From positions 83,226-147,225 of IMG/VR virus record IMGVR_UViG_3300042402_007915: 64,000 nucleotides of DNA. One strand, given 5' to 3'. The notes below the pieces were generated by a model, which worked only from the letters and a program-made list of their open reading frames with translations, made no database searches and was not told the DNA's origin. A program made the translations under genes and the position numbers. Numbering within the stretch: position 1 is the first letter of the stretch; each line of letters starts with the position of its first letter. Shown here piece by piece: positions 63,918 through 64,000 of the stretch. This stretch comes from a virus.

Positions 63918-64000
63918 TCTCCCGACAATGCGTCTGCTGAATAGTCGGCGACACGGCCTTCAAAGAAGTTCTTGAAGGAGTCTCCGTTCACGACCCAATC

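Noticed and set aside
1-64000. tRNA/rRNA genes, integrase/transposase, stop-codon reassignment
   Set aside because: No cloverleaf or rRNA-like stretch was seen by eye and there are no recombinase motifs. Genes are full length and tightly packed in the standard code.

Overview
This window is a 64-kb segment of a large tailed-phage (jumbo-type) genome in the standard genetic code, densely coding with overlapping start and stop codons. Bases 1-12.8 kb (+) are a virion structural operon ending at a bidirectional terminator. Bases 12.8-27 kb (-) are an accessory region dominated by tandem paralogue arrays, including 13 copies of a ~140-aa family that starts xLNLExxxSSxW. Bases 27-52 kb (-) hold replication, repair and regulation genes: sigma-like factor, ClpP, ThyX, primase-helicase, Cas4-like nuclease, RecA, resolvases, SpoVG, a Whirly-like protein and PhoH. 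DnaE in this region is split into two intein-free genes separated by a 3.9-kb antisense island (C5 methyltransferase plus virion genes). The most striking locus is 52.3-60.1 kb (-), an apparently complete phage-encoded ubiquitin-like conjugation operon (E2-like, JAB, E1/ThiF, and a Ubl with a C-terminal pro-peptide). It sits downstream of a Lon-type AAA+ ATPase that lacks its protease domain and ends in IGF, which may pair with the phage ClpP. Bases 60-64 kb hold UDG, an endolysin, a kinase-like gene and a candidate structured RNA. All product calls come from motif recognition by eye; no database searches were run. No tRNA, rRNA or CRISPR array was seen.
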